Origin: Octopus sinensis
Lineage: Eukaryota
DNA: 64,000 nt
Direction: 5' to 3'
NCBI RefSeq assembly: GCF_006345805.1
Contig: NC_043014.1
Location: 32,922,001 to 32,986,000, forward strand
The notes under the pieces: generated by a model
Told to the model about the DNA's origin: nothing
Databases searched by the model: none
Seen by the model: only the letters and a program-made list of their open reading frames with translations
Program-made: the position numbers and the translations under genes
Shown here: one piece after another, positions 50,816-63,283 of the stretch
Layout: each line of letters begins with the position of its first letter
Position numbering within the stretch: position 1 is the first letter of the stretch

Positions 50816-51232
50816 TTAAACCAGCAGACACATTGTCAACTTTTTTTATCTCTTGAAGTGAATGACTTTCCTGAGGCTTTCCTCATAGTCGGACAGATTT
50901 AGATGAGAAATGCATATTTAGTCAGTCTACAAGTTTATTTTATTGCTTTCTGATATATTTCGTTTGATTATTCGGTACCAAAGAGTACACATTTTATCTT
51001 CTATCTTCTACTTATTTCAATCAGTAGATTGTGGCCATTCTGGGGCACCACCTTAAATAATTTTTAGTCTAATGAATCTACCCCAGTACATTTTTTAAAG
51101 CCTGGTGCTTATTCTTTTGATCTCTCATACCGAACTGTTAAGTCACAGGAACGTAAACACACCAATGACAGTTGTCAAGTGTTGGTGAAGGACAAACATA
51201 GACACAAAGACACACATACATATATGTATATA

Positions 51233-51278
<46 letters not shown>

Positions 51279-51460
51279 TACACTTTTCACGGAAAACGGG
51301 GGGGGGTGGAACACATGGAACCCCACTTTCACAACCTCAGTGGGAATGGGGTGGTTGGACTGCATGCCCTAGTTTCCTAGTCACCCTTCACACTGGTGTG
51401 TGTATGTCTATATCTATCTATCTATCAATCTGTGTGTGAGAGTGTGTGTGTATGTGTGTG

Positions 51461-51492
<32 letters not shown>

Positions 51493-51499
51493 CAACATA

Positions 51500-51690
51500 T
51501 CAGGTATTGAAGTCATACTTATCAAAATACAGTTTAGATGATCAGTCATCTCAATGTATGAGTGATATCAGAATTCTGAAGCAACATTTCTTTGACCATT
51601 TCCCAACAGGAAGGTCAGTTGGAAGGCCACTCTTGTGCTTCAAAAACAAACTAAAAGACAGTCTGAAGCAATGCAACAAATTATGTTTAT
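51500..51690 (+). mobile_element. RTE ORF2 C-terminal fragment
   Basis: RILKQHFF..GRSVGRPLLCFKNKLKDSLKQC. Confidence 0.6.
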
Positions 51691-52095
51691 AAAGAGATTC
51701 TTTTAGGGTTATTTCATCGATATTGTGGCTGGAGATAGAAAAATAATTTTCATTAAACTGAAAAATTTGTTATTGGTTTTTGTTATATTGCTACAGAATT
51801 TCACCTGTTTGTGTGTGTGTTCATATATATCATCATCATTATTTGTTGTCGTCATCATCATTGTCATCATCGTCATCATCATCATCATCATCGTTGTCGT
51901 CATCATCATCATCATTGTCATCATCATCATCAACACCATCATTGCCATTGCCCACCTCTATCATCGTCATCATCATCATTGTCATTGTTGTCGCTATCAT
52001 CATCATCATCATAATCATCATATCATCATCATCATCATCATCATAATCATCATATCATCATCATCATCATAGGCGTCGTCATCACTGTAATCATC

Positions 52096-52127
<32 letters not shown>

Positions 52128-52739
52128 CATCATAATCGTTGCCGTTGTCGTCACCATAATCATTGTCGTCATCATCATCATCATCATCCATGTTCCATGG
52201 GCTACATGGTTTGACAAGGATCCAAAGAGTTAAGGACTGCATTGATATCCCATGTCTACAGCTGTATGCCCTTCCTAATGCCAATCACTTTATACAGTGT
52301 ACACAGAGGAACACACAGGGTGCTTTTTTTCATGACACCAGCACTACTGAGGTCACCATGGAGCTTGTAACTCACAAGTCAACAAACCCAAGGAGGGAGG
52401 ATGTTGCATCTTTATGTTAGGTGGGGTTTAAGATATGAGGGAGGAGAGGCTGGGGTATAGCAGGTACTTATTGCAGAGGAGCTACATGGCTATCCACATT
52501 TACGAGAGAATGTGAGAATGAATTAGAAATATCTCCAAGGAAGTAGGCAGTGGTGATGAGGTGTTAAGGTGGCAGGAGCAGTAGTGAATAAAGGGAAAGT
52601 GGGGGGGTTGCAAAATTGTGTGGGGATGGAGATAAGTTGAAGGAAGTAGGCAATATCTGTAAAGAATGGGGAAGGATTGTGGGGAAAGGTGCATAAGTTG
52701 GGGAGGCTACAGGGATACTAGTAATATCCCTGCCACATT

Positions 52740-53260
52740 TTAATGTAAAAACCTGCTGTTATCTGCCATGCAAATTTTTGGAAGGGATTGAATATACTAT
52801 GAGTACACCTTCCCAGGAGAGAGTCCTAACTAAAAATAAGCCAAGACAAAACAGCAACATATATACACTGCCCATCTGCCCAATCAGTAGTTAAAATTCA
52901 TGACTGCAGCTTTATGTGGTGTATGAAAGCACATGTAGCAGATGCTACATCAAAAATACCATCAGACAAGTACATATATGGATTAAGGAACACCTCTGGC
53001 TCATGTTTCTTCCATCAAGATATCTACAGAAATGCCACTCTCAAGACATCCATGTTTCCATTGAAGCTACAGAAAGAAACTTTGGGAACTTGAGAATAAG
53101 AAAAGTTCACCATCTATTAAAACAGAGTGAAGTTGCATGCCTCTGATTTAGTTCCTATAGTAATGCATATCAAATACACTACAGAACAGAGAAGTCAGCG
53201 AATAACTTTTCTCCAAAAATTTCCAGAGGAAGGGATCCTAACTATGAAATATTGAAATAC
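52740..53260 (+). mobile_element. Penelope-like GIY-YIG relic followed by hammerhead-like motif
   Basis: VVYESTCSRCYIKNTIRQVHIWIKEHL; ttc-CAGAGGA..GAAA-tattgaa at 53221-53256. Confidence 0.6.
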
Positions 53261-53323
53261 CAGGCAATATTATCAACCTGTTTAATTTTGCAGGTTGCAG
53301 TGTTTTGGCTTTAAAAACAAATA

Positions 53324-53535
53324 TCATCGTTTAACATCTGCTTTCCATGCTAGCATGGGTTGGATGATTTGACAGAGGACTGGCGAACTAGATAGCTGCA
53401 CCAGGCTCCAATCTTGATCTGGCAGAATTTCTACAGCTGGATGCCCTTCCTAACGCCAACCACTCCGAGAGTGTAGTGGGTGCTTTTACATGCCACTGGC
53501 ATGAGGGCCAGTCAGGTGGTACTGGCAACGGCCAC
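53324..53535 (-). mobile_element. RTE 3' end
   Basis: Homologous to 4152-4335. Confidence 0.8.
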
Positions 53536-53560
53536 AAAAAATATATATATATATATATAT

Positions 53561-53726
53561 AGGTGCAGGAGTGGCTGTGTGGTAAGTAGCTTGCTTACCA
53601 ACCACATGGTTCTGGGTTCAGTCCCACTGCGTGGCATCTTGGGCAAGTGTCTTCTGCTATAGCCTCGGGCCGACCAATACCTTGTGAGTGGATTTGGTAG
53701 ACGGAAACTGAAAGAAGCCTGTCGTA

Positions 53727-53791
<65 letters not shown>

Positions 53792-54008
53792 ATATGTTTG
53801 TGTGTCTGTGTCTGTCCCCCTAGCATTGCTTGACAACTGATGCTGGTGTGTTTACGTCCCCGTCACTTAGCGGTTCAGCAAAAGAGACCGATAGAATAAG
53901 TACTGGGCTTACAAAGAATAAGTCCCGGGGTCGATTTGCTCGACTAAAGGCGGTGCTCCAGCATGGCCGCAGTCAAATGACTGAAACAAGTAAAAGTGTA
54001 AAAGAGTA
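53561..54008 (+). mobile_element. SINE family A
   Basis: Full and well-conserved copy. Confidence 0.88.
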
Positions 54009-54136
54009 TATAAAATTAAAAGCAAAAAGAGAGTGAGAGAACAATATGAAATTTTAAAAAGTCTTTGGTCCAGTATTATATATTTTAAAAAATGAATAGA
54101 AATGGGTTTTCTGATAACTTTTGCACTTTAATAAAA

Positions 54137-55500
54137 CACTAGTCAACAAGAAGTTTTCAGCAAGCATATGTCAAGGTGTACCTAGTGTAGTTTTTAATGC
54201 TGATATCAAATATACAATTAGTTTTTTTAAATCAGGTACAGTTTTCAAGATGAGAAAATTGGGGGGTTTTAGCTCATATATTATACAGAAATTCCAATTA
54301 ATGACGTGTATGCATGTATTTCATTTACATCATGGAAACATACCTTTAAAATAAACATTATTCATTGCTGCATAGTTCAGATGCAATATTTCATCATCTT
54401 AAATTAACCAATCAAATTCTGTCTGATGAAATAGGTATTTCAACATTTTAAGTTGTCCAGTCATAATTGGTCTGATGAAATATTTCATCATCTCAAATTC
54501 AATACAAGTATAACCATTTGTTTGTTTTACAGTGTTAACAATGTTAAGACAGTGTAGAAATCGTCCTGATGTGTTTTGTTATGTCTGTGGACAATTTATT
54601 GTGAAAGCTCAAAACCTACAATAACACTAGAGATCAAGAAGGTTTATAAGCTATACTTTGACTGCCCTCTTGGAAATCAGGACAAGTTATGGGCACCACA
54701 TTTTATCTGCTCAGCTCGCTCAAATGGCTTATGTGACTGGTTCAATAAGAAGAAGAAGTCCATGCCTTTTGGCATAATGATATGGAGGGAGCCAAAAGAC
54801 CATTTTAAAGACTGTTATTTTTGCAAAGTAAATATCACAGGATTTTCTATGAAGAATAAACACAAAATTGTGTATCCCAATTTGGATTCTGCAATGAGAC
54901 CTGTGCCTCACGAAGGAGGTTTGCCAATTCCAGCTCCAGCAGATGATGGTATTGAAACATCAGATGATGATGCTGACTGTCACAATAGTGCTGCTGAGGA
55001 AGATTATGCGGTTAATGATGATAGCTTTGAACCTCAGAAATTTTCCCAAGCTGAACTGAACGACCTTGTCAGAGACCTATCCTTCTCAAAAGATAAAGCA
55101 GAACCATTGGCATCAAGACTGAAGGAGAAGTATCTGCTAGAGCACGGTATTCGTATAACTTATTTTCAGTAGAGAAATGTGGTTCTACAAATGTGTTTTT
55201 CTGTTGAAGGCCCATTTTGCTTTTGCAGTAACATTGATGAACTTTTTGAATGTTTATTACAAAATCATGATCGTACAGAGTGGTGTTCGTTTATTGACTC
55301 TTCAAAACGAACTTTAAAAGCTGTACTTCTTCGTAATGGTAATTTGAAACCCTCCATTATTATTGCATACTCCGTTCATCTATAAATCATATGAAAATAT
55401 GGAACTTTTACTTCATGTCATTGCCTATGAAAGATACTCATGAAAAATATGTAGAGATTTAAAAGTCATTGGAATGCTAATGGGAATGCAGTCGGGTTTC
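54137..55500 (+). mobile_element. Chapaev3-like (CMC) DNA transposon, 3'-truncated transposase pseudogene
   Basis: CACTAGTCAACAA 5' end; CRNRPDVFCYVCG, GNQDKLWAPH, WREPKDH..DCYFC, ELNDLVRDL, FIDSSKRTLKAVLL; stops and frameshifts. Confidence 0.8.
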
Positions 55501-55865
55501 AAATTCCACCAAGGTCAACTTTGCTTTTCATTCTTTCGGGGTCGATAGATTAAGTACTAGTTGTGTACTGGGGTCAACCTAATCAACTAGCCCCTCCCCA
55601 AAAATTTCGGGCCTTGTGCCTAGAGTAGAAAAGATATATTAGTATTGTAAGGTGGCGAGCTGACAGAAACATTAGCATGCCAGGCGAAATGCTAAGCAGT
55701 ATTTCATCTGTCTTTATGTTCTGAATTCAAATTCATTTGAAGTCGACTTTGCCTTTCATCCTTTCAGGGCTGATAAATTAAGTACCAGTTGCATACTGGG
55801 GTCAATCTAATTGAATAGCCCCCTCCCAAAAAATTTCAGGCTTTGTGCCTAGAGTAGAAAAGAAT
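55500..55865 (+). mobile_element. Two family M SINEs in tandem
   Basis: Meta-like domain at ~55510 and ~55740. Confidence 0.8.
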
Positions 55866-56379
55866 ATATTATTATTTTATGACAAAAGGAGAGTGGATAT
55901 TAGGTAAAGAGAGAAAAAAAGGAGTAGAGAGAGAGAGAGAGAGTATCTGAAAGACAGATGGATATTGACAAAGAAAAATTAGGAAAAAACAGACAGACAG
56001 ACAGAAAGAAAGAAAAAGATAATCTGGAGTTACACATGTACATATAAAATGATCATCAGATAAGGAGATCATTGGATGAATATGAAGGTAGAAAGTTGGA
56101 TAGAGTGAGGAATGGATGTATGCATGCACATGTATAAATGTTAATGTGACGAGAGAGAAAGAGAGAAAGACAGAGAGAGAGAGAGAAAGAGAGAAAGGAG
56201 GAGAAAGAGAGAGAGTGGGGGAGAAAGAGAAAGTGTGAGGGAGAAAGAGAGGGAGGAAAGAGAGAGTGAGAGAAAGAGAGGCAGAGTCTGTGTATGTGCA
56301 TGTGTGCTAAGTTGTGTGGGTTGTGTGTGTCATGTTGTGTGCATGTATGTCATCTTTTTAAGCCAACTATCTCACACGA

Positions 56380-57120
56380 ACTTCCAACCACATGGTTCCA
56401 GGTTCAGTTCCACTGCATGGCACCTTGGGAAAGTGTCTTCTAATATAGCCTTGGGTCAACCAAAGCCTTGTGAGTGGAGTTGGTAGACAGAAACTGAGAG
56501 AAGCCCGCCGTATATGTGTGAGTGTGTGTGTGTGTGTGTGTGAAGGCGCATGGCTCAGTGATTAGAGCGCCGAGCTTACAATCGTGAGGTTGTGAGTTCA
56601 AATCCTGGACAGGGCTGCGTGCTGTTCTTGAGCAAGACACTTTAGTTCACATTTCTCAAGTTCACTCAGCTGTAGAAATGAGTTGCGACGTCACTGGTGC
56701 CAAGCCGTATCGGCCTTTGCCTTTCCCTTTGATAACACTGGTGGCATGGAGAGGGGAGGCCAGCATGCATGGGTGACTGCTGGTCTTCCATAAACAACCT
56801 TGTCGGACTTGTGCCTGAGAGGATAACTTTCTAGGTGCAATCCCATGGTCAGTCATGACCGAAGGGGGTTTCAGCAGTATATATATATATATTTATTTAT
56901 GAGTCTGTGTCTATGTTTGTCCCCCACCCTCGCCATCGTTTGACAGCCGATGTTGCTGTGTTTATGTCCCTGTATCTTAACAGTTCGGCAAAAGATACCG
57001 ATAGAATAAGTACTACGCTTTAAAAAAATAAGTCCTGGGGTCGATTTCTTCGACTATTACTCTTTAAGGTGGTGCTCCAGCACGGCCGCAGTCAAATGAC
57101 CGAAAAAAGTAAAAGTATAA
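56380..57120 (+). mobile_element. SINE family A interrupted in its microsatellite by a C2 SINE
   Basis: 5' half 56380-56540; 3' half 56900-57120. Confidence 0.8.
56543..56876 (+). mobile_element. CORE-like tRNA SINE (family C2)
   Basis: ggcgcatggctcagtgattagagc..gagttcaaatcc; gagcaagacacttt CORE-like segment. Confidence 0.85.
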
Positions 57121-57766
57121 AATATATATTTACGTATTATGAATTGCCATAGGAGATAACTCCCATTCCTTCAAGAGAGTTATCTCCCTTGAAAACAAAA
57201 ATTTGGCCAAATTTTAAAAATGGAGTGTGATTTACTACAGTGGGCAAGGACGAACAGTTGAACAAAATCTGGCTTTGGGCTAAAGAAACGAGAATGATAG
57301 TTAACACTTAGAAAATATCTTGAAGGATGGATAACGGAGAGACAGAGTATTTGCGACTGGTCTACTACGGGACCAGTGTAAGAAAGGAAAGAAAAGGAGA
57401 ACTGGCCACAGTTCATGTGACAACAGCAGGCAGAGGAGGAAGACAGCAAGAGAGAGAGATAGAGGGAAAAAGGAAAGGGATGACGGGAAAGGAGAAAGGC
57501 TAAGAATACACGAAGGAGATAGAGAAAAGGAGTAAGTAGAAAGGCTAGAATAGAAGTGTGAAGGTGAGAGGAAGAAAAGGTGAAACAATGAAGGCAAGAG
57601 AGAGAGAGTCACACTGGTATATAGAAAAACTTACTTGTGAATACAAATTTGGTGTGTGTTGCATCCCATTACTTAATAAATGAGAAAATGTATGGTAAGT
57701 TAACAAACAATATGTACGGAATATAAAAATCAACGGGAGAAAAACAGAAGGTTCGTATTTCTTTAC

Positions 57767-57857
57767 CAGTTATTGACCAATTGGTAATATTCAGTTTTGC
57801 ACCTATAACGATATGATTGAGTGCTTCCCAGTTGGCGGTGGCTGCAAAAAGAGTTTC
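57767..57857 (-). CDS. Candidate internal host-gene exon (91 nt), product unidentified
   Basis: Acceptor ttgctcttgtccccaattcttcaacAG, donor CTG|GTAAAG, non-repetitive; open frame ETLFAATANWEALNHIVIGAKLNITNWSIT(G). Confidence 0.45.
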
Positions 57858-57902
57858 CTGTTGAAGAATTGGGGACAAGAGCAAACGAAACAACACAGAG
57901 CG

Positions 57903-57984
<82 letters not shown>

Positions 57985-57988
<4 letters not shown>

Positions 57989-58185
57989 AGAATTTGCAAA
58001 AAAACAAAAGATGGAGATGTGTAAACAACAAACAGATGTATTAGTTTAACGTTCAGGAAGTGAGAAAGTCTTTTACATTTCGAGCATACACTCTTCAACA
58101 GAAATAAACAGTGAGTGAAAACAGAAAAGGTTTAGTGACTAGCGATCTATCATGGCAGATGCCCGACAGAGGGGGTCACACAATA
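57985..58185 (-). mobile_element. PLE-type short repeat between (TA)n tracts
   Basis: Homologous to 15230-15430. Confidence 0.7.
58070..58105 (-). ncRNA. Minimal hammerhead ribozyme-like motif
   Basis: Reverse complement ttt-CTGTTGA-a-gagt gtat gctc-GAAA-tg-TA-aaa. Confidence 0.55.
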
Positions 58186-58199
58186 TATATATATATATA

Positions 58200-60990
58200 T
58201 CATCATCGTCGTTGTCAAGCCAGAAGGCTGCATCTGACTCCAATCCGGTCTGGCAATGTTTCTACAGTTGGATGCCCTTCCTAACGCCAACTACTCCGAG
58301 AATGCAGTGGGTGCTTTTTACGTGCCACCAGCACGAATGCCAGTCAGTACTGCCATCAGCCATGCTTGAATGGTGCTTTTTATGTGCCACCGGCATGGGA
58401 GCCAGTCAGGCAGCACTGGCAATGATCATGCTTAAATGGTGCTTTTTACATGCCAATGGCACTGGACCAGTTAGGTGGCACTGGCATTGACCACGCTCGA
58501 ATGGTGCTTTTTATGTGCCACTGGCATGGGTACCTATCAGACAGTACTATCATCGGTCATGACAACGACTTCACTTGACTCAACAGGTCTTCGCAAGCAC
58601 AGTTTATTGCCCAATGATTGAAGGGTACTTTTAAATGGGCTGCTTATGCTGCACTGGCATTGGCCACGGTTGCGATCTCACTTGGCTTGCTGGGTCTTCT
58701 CAAGCACAGCATATCTCCAAAGGTCTCTGTCACTTGTCATCATCTCGATGAGACCCAGCATTCGAAGGTCGTGCTTCAACACCTCATCCCAGGTTTTCCT
58801 AGGTCTACCTCTTCCATGGGTTCTCTCTACTGCTAGGGTGTGACAATTTTTCACACAGCTGTCCTCATCCATACGCAACACATGACCATACCAGCACAGT
58901 CATCTCTCTTTCACACCACATCTAATGCTTCTTATGTTCAACTTTTCTCTGAGGGCGCTGACACTCTGTCATATATGCACACTGACATTACACATCCAAC
59001 GGAGCATACTAGCTTCCTTCCTTGAAAGCTTATGCATGTCCTCAGCAGTCATGGCCCATGTTTTCCTGCCATGTAGCATGGCTGTTCACACACATGCATC
59101 ATACAGTCTTCATTCTATTCTGAGGAAGAGGCCCTTTGTCACCAGCAGAGTTAGGAGCTCTCTGAACTTTGCCCAGGCTATTCATACTCTTGCAGCTACA
59201 CTCTCAGAGCAACCACTCCTGCTACTGACTTGGTCACCTAGGTAATGGAAGCTATCAACTACCTCTAGTTTTTCCCCCTGGAATGTGACGGAAGCTGTTT
59301 TCTGGACATTTTCAGTGTTTACTGCTCCTGAGCATTTGCCACACACAAAAACTAACTTCCCGGTTAGCCTTCCTTTGATATTGCTGCACCTCTTATTTGT
59401 CCATGTTTTACACCAGGTACATCTTATAGAGTTTCTACCTGCGCCTTTTCTACAGACCAAGCAGGGCCATCTACTTGAAAGGATTTGTGATGTCTGCCTT
59501 CCTACCTATTAAGACTTTGGTTTTTGCTAGATTTACTCTAAGACCCTTGCTTTCACACATAAAACTTCTCCTCTAGTTCTAATAATGACTCAGCTATGAG
59601 AGCAAGGTCATCAGCATAGAGAAGCTCCCGGGGGCATCCTGTCTAGAATTCCTCTGCTATTTCCTGGAGGACTACCTCTACCTGGAATTCTTCACTGTAC
59701 TCGTTGCCAACCCTTACCTTACTGACAGCATCCCTGTACATGACTTGTACAGCTCTCACTAACCACTCATCTATCCCTAGTTTCCACACTGACCACCAGA
59801 TAAGGGATAAGGGGACCCTGTCAAAGGCTTTCTCCATGTCAACGAATGCCAGGTACAGAGGCTTATCTTTGGCTAGGCATTTCTCCTACAGCTGTCTTAC
59901 CAGAAATAGAGTATCAGTGGTGCTTTTCCCTGGCACAAACCCAAACTACATCTCATCTAGACTGACTCTCTCCCTAATTAGTTGGGCTATGACCCTCTCC
60001 ATGGCTTTCATTACCTAATCCAACAACTTGATACCTCTGTAATCATTCATATCTAATGCTTCACCTTTACCTTTGTAGCAGTTGGCTATGGTGCTGCTAC
60101 ACCAGTCATTGAGTATGATTCCTTCATGTATAAACCTGATTGACTATATGGGTGACTAGATTTCATTTTGCAACCTTTCTTGGTGGCATCTCCAAGTCTC
60201 TCTCCTTGCAGCCTCATTAAATGCAAGTGAGCCATCATCCATGCAGACACATTTCTCTCCTATGACATCACAATTCTCTCTCACGCACTGTCTTGCAACA
60301 CGAAACACTACAAGTCTTTGGTCCTCACGACACAGAACATTAGCAAATTTTTTCTTATCTGCTTCCCTTCTGGCTAAATAAACCTGTCTCCTCTGGCAAT
60401 CTGATACAATTCCCTGCCACCACCGTTCTTCCAGTCCTTCCATGCCTGTTTCTTGTCCCTAATGGCCCTGTCAACTACATTGTTCCCCTACTACATTACC
60501 TTGGGTCGAGAGGGGACTTTACACCATCCACAGATCTGATCAATATCTCTCAACAGGTTGTCTCGTAGATACCCCCAGCTGTCTTCCACATTATGTGATG
60601 CTATATCCCCCTCTATTTTGTCAAAAGCTTCAAGTAATACATCTTTAAATTTCTGTCCATTTGCAGGATCCTTAAAGTTCCAGACCTTTCTCCTCCATGC
60701 TGGCAGTCTTCTGGGCATCTATTTAGCCCTGATCCTGAAGTCACTAACTACTAATCTATGCCTGTGAGGAACCTAGCAGAACTTCCTCTCCACCTTACTT
60801 TTTGGATGCAGCACAAATCTATACGTCTCCTTTCAAGCAGCTCAACAATCTTACCAGACCTACCTTTCAGTGTGCCAATGTTAAGTGTGCCAACCCTGAG
60901 GGTATGGGAGGTGTGGGCCCATGAGACCCTGGGATGGGGGACAGCAGCGTCATGTACCCGAAAAGAAAGCTCACATTTGGCAGAACTCAT
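58200..60990 (-). mobile_element. Decayed RTE-clade LINE (APE mostly deleted, RT, PHD-type finger, minisatellite 3'UTR)
   Basis: LRVGTLNIGTLKGRS..CIQKVRW (APE N-terminus); DYRGIKLL, FVDMEKAFDRVP, LLYADD, VDSFHYLG, GRGRPRKTW; (gat)n tail. Confidence 0.92.
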
Positions 60991-61581
60991 AAACATACAA
61001 TAGCCTTCAACCTGCATACACTACACCATCACTTTTTTTTATGCACAACATAATCACTACATTACATAGGAGATAAACCCTAAGTATGGAGGGAGGAACA
61101 TTAAGCCTTTGGAGGTGCTCATAGGAGAGACATCTGATAGAGGTTAAAGGATAGAGGCTTCCGGCACAGGTGGTGGGGATGGGAAGGGCGGGTGCACTGC
61201 AAAACAGCAAAAATTCAGGCTGCCGATGTGAGAGAATATTGATGATATTAATGCGATAGAGTTGGGCATTTGAATTCTTAACTAGAGCTATGACCAACAT
61301 ATATATATATATATATATATATTAAGAAGATAAGAAAATAGAGAGATAATTAATAATTATTTATCAATTAAAAAATTAGACATCATCTCTAACAGGTGTT
61401 TCGATTCCAAACCTTTAGAAATTAATTACCATAATTAAAGCCATTTAAAAGTCGAATCGCAATAGAGTTGACTAAAGATATACAATTGGGTGTTCATATT
61501 CCTGCTTGTTGAGTATATGGCTCCAAACCATTAACTGATAAAATTTATATTTAAAGAACATGGTATAAACTTTACAAAGGG

Positions 61582-61615
<34 letters not shown>

Positions 61616-61837
61616 ACAAAAAAAAAACATTAAAAGTATAAGAAGACAGAGTTAATTTTCTTCACCTCGATATGTATCATTATTACTAAATGACAATTGC
61701 AACCAATTCCACTTGAGAAAGGAAGAAAATGTCAAGATTCAAGAATTCTCTCTCTCTCTCTTTCTCTCTGCTTTATACATACATACATACATACATACAT
61801 ACATACATACATACATACATACATACATACATAGTCA

Positions 61838-62260
61838 CAGGCGTGGCTGTGTGGTCGAGAAACTTGCTTTCTGATCATTTGGTCTTAGGTTCAGTCTCAC
61901 TGCACGGCACCTTGAGCAAGTGTCTTCTCCTATAGCCCTGGGCCGACCAAAACCTTGAGAGTTGACTTGGTTGACATGAATTGAAAGAAGCCCATCGTGT
62001 GTGTGTGTGTGTGTATGCGTGTGTGTGTGTGTGTGTGTGTCTGTGTGTCTGTGTGCGTCTGTGTGTGTGTGTGTATGTATGTATGTATGCGTGTAGGCGT
62101 GTTTGGTCCCTACTATCACTTACCAAACGGTGTTGGTCTGTTTCGTCCTTGTGACTGGCTATTACAACGAAAGAACCGGATAATTATAATTTCCAGGCGT
62201 TAAAGGGATAAAAAGATAATTAATACTGGCCGTTGTCCAGTGACTGATACAAGTATGGTT
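61838..62260 (+). mobile_element. SINE family A (diverged tail)
   Basis: Head and (TG)n core. Confidence 0.7.
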
Positions 62261-62468
62261 AAAAGATCTTCACGGGATGTAAGTAAATGTGTGCGTATGC
62301 GTGCATTACATAGGTTATCTAATTCGGACAAGGGACGTAATCTCACCATGGTACAATGAAGGGAAATAACTCTAAATATTTGTCGTTCAAAATGTTAGCT
62401 ACATTGCGTGCTTATATCAATTTGTGATACATGCTTCCTTCTATAAGCATATTCATGTTATGTCTGTA

Positions 62469-62690
62469 CAGTAATCCTTCGACTATCTCGCGTGTTACAT
62501 TCCAAAACCCATGGCGATAGATGAAAATCTGCGAAATAAAAACAGTACTGTACTGTATTTTTTTATTATTATTTTTATAATTTGTGTATGCTTATTTTAT
62601 TATAAATGCAAAACAATACCAGAGAGGAATCGATGTAAGCATAGATAATAAACCGCGATAAGTGAACTGCGATATGGCGAGGTATTACTG
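62469..62690. mobile_element. Tigger-like MITE
   Basis: TA-cagtaatccttcgactatc..gatatggcgaggtattactg-TA. Confidence 0.7.
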
Positions 62691-63222
62691 TATTTGTAGA
62701 AGGCCGGCTAAACTGTTAAACCGTTAACAAAAACAGAAAAAACAGCCTGCTGGGTGTTAACTGTGTAGAAAAGCAATATGACAAAAAAATTGCGCAAACA
62801 AACCTGGGGGTGGAGAGAGGACTTTCGGAAAATTCACAAGATCCGATTTTTCCGTCATAACTTTTGGAAAATGGATATATATTGATTTTTTTTTTTTTTT
62901 TTTTACGGAATCCTACCTTTTTGGTTATGGAGGATGCGATTCTGAAAACAAATTTTCAAAAATCGCATTTTCAAAACTTCAATTAACCACCCCACTCCCC
63001 TCTTCATTTTTCTCTTTTTCCGGATTTTTTTTTTTTTTTTTTTTTGCGAAATACGTAGAAAAATACGAAGATTAGGATTCTAAAAAAAATTTGTTTGTAA
63101 AATTTCAATTTTTCAACAAGCAATACATATTGTCTACAATAGACCCAAAAGTAGTGCCGCCCCCGGGGCGGACCGCCCCTCCCCTCACTCTAGGTACGCT
63201 AGTGTCTCTGTATAATTAACCG

Positions 63223-63283
<61 letters not shown>

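Noticed and set aside
61385-61475. Possible minus-strand hammerhead with long stem II (gattc..gaatc-GAAA-cacctgtt)
   Set aside because: Core reads CTATTGC and stem I register is inconsistent; too degenerate to call
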